A stretch of 63,630 nt of DNA, counting the filler. It is 5 parts of 5 records of this genome, joined end to end, with 100 filler letters (N's around TTAATTAATTAA, not from the genome) between each part and the next. Parts side by side here need not be neighbours in the genome. Positions count along the whole stretch, not along the records: positions 58,561 to 63,630 come from SRR31156797_11590; 4 more parts are not named here. One strand, given 5' to 3'. Below are positions 58,461 through 63,630 of this stretch, one piece after another. The notes under the pieces are model-generated. The model did no database searches. It was given only the letters and a program-made list of their open reading frames with translations, and was not told the DNA's origin. Position numbers and translations under genes: made by a program. Every line of letters begins with the position of its first letter. Position 1 is the first letter of the stretch.

Positions 58461-58560
58461 NNNNNNNNNNNNNNNNNNNNNNNNNNNNNNNNNNNNNNNN
58501 NNNNTTAATTAATTAANNNNNNNNNNNNNNNNNNNNNNNNNNNNNNNNNNNNNNNNNNNN
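58461..58560. other. Artificial contig spacer
   Basis: N run with TTAATTAATTAA. Confidence 0.97.
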
Positions 58561-58586
58561 ATTATCACCAGGAAATCGGACACTAT

Positions 58587-61124
58587 TTATAACTCAGGAG
58601 AATAGTCGTTAAGGTAGGGATAGCCGCTGTTTATTGCGGAATCGCTGCTCCAGATTGACTCTGCTCCATTTATCTCCTCTCCTGTAAAGCCCCATCCGGC
58701 GGCAGTGAATGTTTCCCTGCTTTTCATCTCTGCGGTTGAAGTTTCGGTTCCTTTTCCGGTATCCGTCTGTCCGGTCAGTTCGTCGTAGAAGCTCCCATTC
58801 ACGGTTGAAGAATCATAGTGGTAACCTATGAGGCCTCCCATATCGGTACCTTCAGCTTCACCTTCCGTAAGAGTGACTGTTCCCGCCGCGTAGCAATTCT
58901 CCACCGTACCGGAGTCGGTGATGTTGGCGTAATAGGTGGAGTAACCGGTATCAACCCGATAACTGAGCCGCCCTCCATTCATCCCCACCAGACCGCCGAC
59001 ACTACTGGTGCCTGCTACTGTGCTCAGGGAGTAGGAGTTCTTCACCAGGGCGCTGTTCGTCGCCCTGGCATCGTAGGAGTGCTGCAGCCCTATGAGTCCC
59101 CCCAGATAGTTGCTTCCGGTCACAGAGCCGGTGGCATAGGAAGCCGTTACGCTTCCCCCGTTGGTGCCGATCAGGCCGCCGGAAAAGTTGCCGCTTACAG
59201 CTGAGGAGGATGAGGTGTGGGTGAGAGTCCCCCTGTTTATTCCCGCGATGCCGCCGATATGGGAGCCTCCTTCAATGGTTCCTTCGGAACGACAGTTGCT
59301 GATGCTGCTGTTCTCCTCGTTGAGTCCGATAATACCCCCGGTATACATGCCGCCGGTTACAGATCCGGTGCTGACACAGTCGCTGACAACAGCAAGAGAT
59401 TCAGGAGAGACGCTGTTGGCGGAAACATATTCGTTATAGCCGGTGATTCCACCGACATAGTCTTCTCCTTCGACGGTACCCGACATAAGGCATTCCGTAA
59501 TGGAGCCTCCGGAATTTTGTCCCGCCAGGCCTCCGACTTTATCTCTCCCGACGACCTCTCCAGTGAAGCTGCTGTCGACAATGACGGCCCTGCTGTTGTA
59601 ACCGGTGAGCCCTCCTATGTGGTCGCCGCCGCCGGCCACTTTTCCGGAAGCCTTACTTCCACGGATCACTATTTCATTTTCAATCGCGTAATTCCCCCCG
59701 GTAAGTCCTCCGAGTTTGCTGGCATAGGTTGTGTACTGCGGGCCGTTGACTGCGGAGCAGATGGCCAGAACGTCGCAGGAGGATTCGCTGTTTTCGATAA
59801 TCCCTCCCGGACCGTTATACCCGATAAGTCCCCCGACGGTTCCTGTCGAGGAAATATAATCAGTGTCGGGATAATCGATTGTCAGGCTGCCGCTGGTGAC
59901 ACACTCAAATATGTAACCGCCGTCGTTTCGTCCAATAAGGCCGCCCATCTCTTTATAGCCGGTGATTGTGGCCGTAACCTCACAGGAGGAAATTTCGGAC
60001 GAAGAGTCCATATGACCTATCAGGCCTCCGACCCGATACCCCCCCGACAGGGATTCATTGGAGATGTCAATGATGTGTTCACCGCTGGTGATTGTCACAT
60101 TCACCGATATATCAGTAATGTCTCCGAACCCCGTGTGTGAACCGGCCAGTCCCCCGATGTTGCCTGCGGTTGCCGCTATCTCACAGGATACCTCTGCTCC
60201 GGTGTATTCGCCGTTGAAGTCACCCCCTGCTACACCGCCTACATAATTCACTCCCGTGATGTCCCCCCGGGACACTGCGGAGAGGATCCTTCCTCCGTTG
60301 TTGTAACCGGTAATTCCGCCGGTATAGTCGGAGGAGCCGGATACCGAGGCATCATTCACCCCGTTTTCGATGGTCCCGTAGTTGAATCCGACCAGTCCTC
60401 CCACGTAGTCCCTGCTTCCGGATACGGCTCCGGAAACGGTGCAGTTGATGACTCGCCCCCGGTTTATCCCTGCCAGGCCCCCGGCACAGCCGGCACCGTT
60501 GACCACGATATCTTCCAGGGTGAGATCCCGCACCAGGGCTTCGTCTCCAATTACGCCGAACATCCCTGTCAGACTTTCCCCTTCTTCCGGGGAGAGGCCG
60601 GAAATTTTATAACTGTTACCATCGAAAATTCCTGTAAACGGATCGGTGTGGTTTCCCAGGGGGGACCATTCGGTATCGGTTAAAACAATGTCCGCAGCTA
60701 ACTGATAGAATCCTCCCAGATCCGTGATGGCCTCCAGCTCAGCGGCCGTTGTGATTCTCTGAGGGGGGAGGAGGGTTATGGACAGGGTGGGGCTCCAATC
60801 GGTGGATGAAGTTCCGTCGATACCCCGTACCCGCCAGAGATAGGTTTCTCCCTCCGTCAGGTCTTCCTCAGGGATGTAATTATTGGCATAGACCGTGATG
60901 ATTTCTGCCTCCTCCAGGCTGTTCGCGGCCGTTGTGATCTGAACTTCATATCCTGAGAGTCCGACGACCGCCTGCCATGTCAGAGTCGGTCTTGTCTTGG
61001 TTAGTTCCTGACCGTCGGTCGGGGAAAGGCCGTTGATGGTGATCTTTCCCTCTCCTTCAGGAGCACAGGCGAAAAATAGAAGAGAAAGGATGAGCAGAAC
61101 GGCTCCGGGAAATGCGTTTTTCAT
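58587..61124 (-). CDS. GLUG-repeat lipoprotein with N-terminal FN3-like domain
   Basis: Lipobox FFAC, FTGIFDGNSYKISGL, and many GGLxGxN repeats. Start set at MKNAF. Confidence 0.8.
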   Translation of the reverse strand: MKNAFPGAVLLILSLLFFACAPEGEGKITINGLSPTDGQELTKTRPTLTWQAVVGLSGYEVQITTAANSLEEAEIITVYANNYIPEEDLTEGETYLWRVRGIDGTSSTDWSPTLSITLLPPQRITTAAELEAITDLGGFYQLAADIVLTDTEWSPLGNHTDPFTGIFDGNSYKISGLSPEEGESLTGMFGVIGDEALVRDLTLEDIVVNGAGCAGGLAGINRGRVINCTVSGAVSGSRDYVGGLVGFNYGTIENGVNDASVSGSSDYTGGITGYNNGGRILSAVSRGDITGVNYVGGVAGGDFNGEYTGAEVSCEIAATAGNIGGLAGSHTGFGDITDISVNVTITSGEHIIDISNESLSGGYRVGGLIGHMDSSSEISSCEVTATITGYKEMGGLIGRNDGGYIFECVTSGSLTIDYPDTDYISSTGTVGGLIGYNGPGGIIENSESSCDVLAICSAVNGPQYTTYASKLGGLTGGNYAIENEIVIRGSKASGKVAGGGDHIGGLTGYNSRAVIVDSSFTGEVVGRDKVGGLAGQNSGGSITECLMSGTVEGEDYVGGITGYNEYVSANSVSPESLAVVSDCVSTGSVTGGMYTGGIIGLNEENSSISNCRSEGTIEGGSHIGGIAGINRGTLTHTSSSSAVSGNFSGGLIGTNGGSVTASYATGSVTGSNYLGGLIGLQHSYDARATNSALVKNSYSLSTVAGTSSVGGLVGMNGGRLSYRVDTGYSTYYANITDSGTVENCYAAGTVTLTEGEAEGTDMGGLIGYHYDSSTVNGSFYDELTGQTDTGKGTETSTAEMKSRETFTAAGWGFTGEEINGAESIWSSDSAINSGYPYLNDYSPEL

Positions 61125-61171
61125 AGTAAAGGGTGTCTTTGTTTGAATCATTTTATTCCTCTTGATGATTT

Positions 61172-63439
61172 TTAGTTCTGCGCGAGTACGATCCCTGTGA
61201 GATAGGGATAACCGTTGTTTAGGGTCAGTGATGAATCGATTTGCCATATATCATCGTTACCGTTGTCCGTCTCGCCTTCAAAGTCCCAGGAGGCATCGGT
61301 GAAGGTCGATGCGGTTTTCATGACCGATGTTGAAAGACCTGAACCCTTGCCTGTATCACTCTGTTCGGTGGTCGTTCGATCGTAAAAGGCTGAGGTAATC
61401 ACTCCCCCCTCCAGATTCTCTCCTATCAACCCCCCTTCGTAATCAGATTTTGAAGCGAAGGTGTTACTCCTTTCCACCAGTCCCGTGGCATAGCAGTTCG
61501 TGATGCTTCCGGAATTCTGGCCAATGAGTCCGGCGTACCGTTCATCCGTGGTACTGGATCCCGAAACCTCGCCCCGGGCGAAGGAGTTCTCAACAATCCC
61601 GCTGTTGGTTCCCACCAGGCCGCCGATCCTGCCGTAACCGGCCGCATCTCCCGTGGCATAGCACTGCTGAATGGTTCCGCCGTTGCCGCCGGCTAAACCT
61701 CCTACGGAGTAGGTGGAGCCGAAGGCTCTTCCCGTGGCATAGGACGCGATGATATCGCCGCCGTTGCTCCCGACGAGACCGCCCACGGCCGCGTTCCCGG
61801 ATAATCTTCCGGTGGCGTAGCAGTCGCTGATAACCGTCTCTTCATCCGTGCTGCCCACAAGGCCGCCGAGATTACTGCTGCCCGTGATACTGATGGTACC
61901 GGTGGCGGAGCAGGAGGTTATCAGGGTGTCCTGTGAATTTCCGATAAGCCCTCCCAGACCGGAACCGATGTCCAAATCATCGATGATCGAGCCTGTTGCC
62001 CGGGAATCGGTGATTTCGGAACCGTTGACGCTCATCCCTATCAGCCCTCCGTAGTAGTTCTGATCGTGGCCTTTTATCAAGGCCGATGAGGTGGCCCTGT
62101 TGATGATTCCTTTCTCGTTGTATCCGATGAGGCCCCCGGTATAGCCATTATAGCCAAATATGATTCCTGCTGAGGTTACGTCTTCGATGAGGGCGGTGTC
62201 GCTGTACCCGACGAGGCCGCCGACGTAGGAGTACCCTTCTATGGTCGGGGTTCCGGTCAGTTCACAGTTCCTGATGATAGCGGGACTGACGGTTCCGTCG
62301 TTATAACCGACCAGACCTCCCACATGTTTCCCCCCGCTGACATCGCCTTCGGCGGTGCAGTTTTCTATCCTTCCTCCGAAATTATACCCCGCCAGACCGC
62401 CGGTTTTGGCATCATAGGCGACCAATCTTTCGGTGAGGACGGCGATGGAGGTCGAGTCGGTGATTGTACCGAATCGGTTGAACCCTACCAGCCCGCCGCA
62501 GACAGTTGCTCCCACCTGTCCCGATGTCCACTCATGGGTCACAGATTCTCCTGTCATGGAAACTTCCGTCAGAGTGCCCCCGTCGTTGTATCCGGTGATC
62601 CCTCCGGCGTAGGCTGCCTGGTGTTCGGTGTGAATAACAGCCTCCGATGTACTCCCCTGGATTGTTCCGTAGTTATAAGCCGCGATACCTCCCAGGTAGT
62701 GGATTCCCGTATATTGATGTTCCGTATGGACTGTGCCTTCTACCGTGCAATCTTCTATCAGGCCCCGGTTTTCCGCTGCGATGAGACCGAGGTATCCGAT
62801 ACCGCTTATACTGAAATCGGTTATCTTCAGATTTCGTATTTCCGCGTTCGTACCGAGAAACCCGAACAATCCCAGATTCATTTCCTCATCTGTTCCTGTG
62901 TCCAGGGTCAGGTTTGAAATGGTGTATCCGTTCCCTATGAATATCCCTTCGAAGGGAGTCTCCCTGGTTCCCAGGGGGGTCCATTCGGTCTCTGCCAAAT
63001 CAACATCGGCCGAAAGTCGATAGGTTCCTTCCATTTCCATGGCGGCCAGTTCCTCGGCGGTAGAGATAGTGATGCCGAACCTTGTTGTAAAACTCTGTAC
63101 CTCGCTCCAGTCTGATGACGAAGTTGAGCTCAGGGCCCGGATTTGCCAATAATAGGTCTGATTGTCTGAAAGTTCCTCTGCAGGGATGTACCTGTTACGC
63201 GTCAGTATCGCGCTTTCTTCTGTAGAAAAATCACTATCGGTTGAGAGCCGGATTTCGTAGCCCTGGCCGTTTGCCACCTCATCCCAGGTGAACTCCGGCC
63301 TTGTTTCAGTGACCATAAGGGCGTTTTCCGGAGTCAGGTTTCCCATGTCTCCGAATATGATTGATGTTGTATCGTCGCAGGCGGCTGTACCTATCAGTAA
63401 ACTGAGGGACAGAAACAGAAGTGTTGTACACTTTTTCAA
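61172..63439 (-). CDS. GLUG-repeat lipoprotein, paralog of 58587-61124
   Basis: Lipobox TAAC, FEGIFIGNGYTISNL, and GGLxGxN repeats; probable TTG start at 63439. Confidence 0.8.
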   Translation of the reverse strand: MKKCTTLLFLSLSLLIGTAACDDTTSIIFGDMGNLTPENALMVTETRPEFTWDEVANGQGYEIRLSTDSDFSTEESAILTRNRYIPAEELSDNQTYYWQIRALSSTSSSDWSEVQSFTTRFGITISTAEELAAMEMEGTYRLSADVDLAETEWTPLGTRETPFEGIFIGNGYTISNLTLDTGTDEEMNLGLFGFLGTNAEIRNLKITDFSISGIGYLGLIAAENRGLIEDCTVEGTVHTEHQYTGIHYLGGIAAYNYGTIQGSTSEAVIHTEHQAAYAGGITGYNDGGTLTEVSMTGESVTHEWTSGQVGATVCGGLVGFNRFGTITDSTSIAVLTERLVAYDAKTGGLAGYNFGGRIENCTAEGDVSGGKHVGGLVGYNDGTVSPAIIRNCELTGTPTIEGYSYVGGLVGYSDTALIEDVTSAGIIFGYNGYTGGLIGYNEKGIINRATSSALIKGHDQNYYGGLIGMSVNGSEITDSRATGSIIDDLDIGSGLGGLIGNSQDTLITSCSATGTISITGSSNLGGLVGSTDEETVISDCYATGRLSGNAAVGGLVGSNGGDIIASYATGRAFGSTYSVGGLAGGNGGTIQQCYATGDAAGYGRIGGLVGTNSGIVENSFARGEVSGSSTTDERYAGLIGQNSGSITNCYATGLVERSNTFASKSDYEGGLIGENLEGGVITSAFYDRTTTEQSDTGKGSGLSTSVMKTASTFTDASWDFEGETDNGNDDIWQIDSSLTLNNGYPYLTGIVLAQN

Positions 63440-63630
63440 GTTGCGTGATTTTGCTTTCTGCACAGAGAGGCTCCTACTGAGGATTATTTTCTTTGTACAG
63501 AAAGTAGCATGACAAAAATTTTCAGTCAAACTATTTTTTTAGGTCATTTCTTTCTACATAGATGGCACCTTTTCCGAGGTGCTTCCCACAGATTACCGGA
63601 ACTTCTAAATTTCGTAGGGTGTCCTGATAT

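Noticed and set aside
58587-63439. GLUG paralogs as diversity-generating retroelement targets
   Set aside because: No reverse transcriptase and no near-identical template/variable repeat pair were seen.

Overview
The window joins five unrelated sequence pieces with 100-nt N spacers that carry a TTAATTAATTAA linker (8410-8509, 19548-19647, 40261-40360, 58461-58560), so no gene linkage should be read across them. Taxonomic labels are inferred from composition and gene content. (1) 1-8409, GC-rich, alphaproteobacterium-like: a TRAP transporter, C-N hydrolase and RraA-like operon, a divergent PAS sensor kinase, a REP-like palindrome and a lipoprotein. (2) 8510-19547, AT-rich, Bacteroidota-like: an [FeFe]-hydrogenase 3' end and NuoE-like subunit, a DMT transporter, an intergenic 11-unit 23-bp hairpin array, a VapC toxin-antitoxin pair, an MFS transporter, a short MutS-like ATPase, a BlaI/BlaR1 pair packaged as an integron-type cassette with a canonical-geometry attC site, and a CoA-disulfide reductase with two rhodanese domains. 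(3) 19648-40260, Desulfobacterota-like: an IclR-associated amino-acid oxidation operon (2-oxoacid:ferredoxin oxidoreductase, ADP-forming acyl-CoA synthetase, atypical amino-acid dehydrogenase, MFS, atypical BCCT), DUF362, and a GSCFA / glycosyltransferase / MacB-type ABC / pseudo-M28 cluster. (4) 40361-58460, Bacteroidales-like housekeeping region (lepB, dapB, parAB, nusB, rlmD, aroK, yajC, coaE, argBDCJ, S9 peptidase). (5) 58561-63630, possibly a spirochaete: two tandem GLUG-repeat lipoproteins. The strongest leads are the 23-bp covarying hairpin array (11215-11465), the integrase-less cassette (15287-17171) and the amino-acid oxidation operon for an unknown substrate. No tRNA, rRNA, CRISPR array or intact transposase was recognised.
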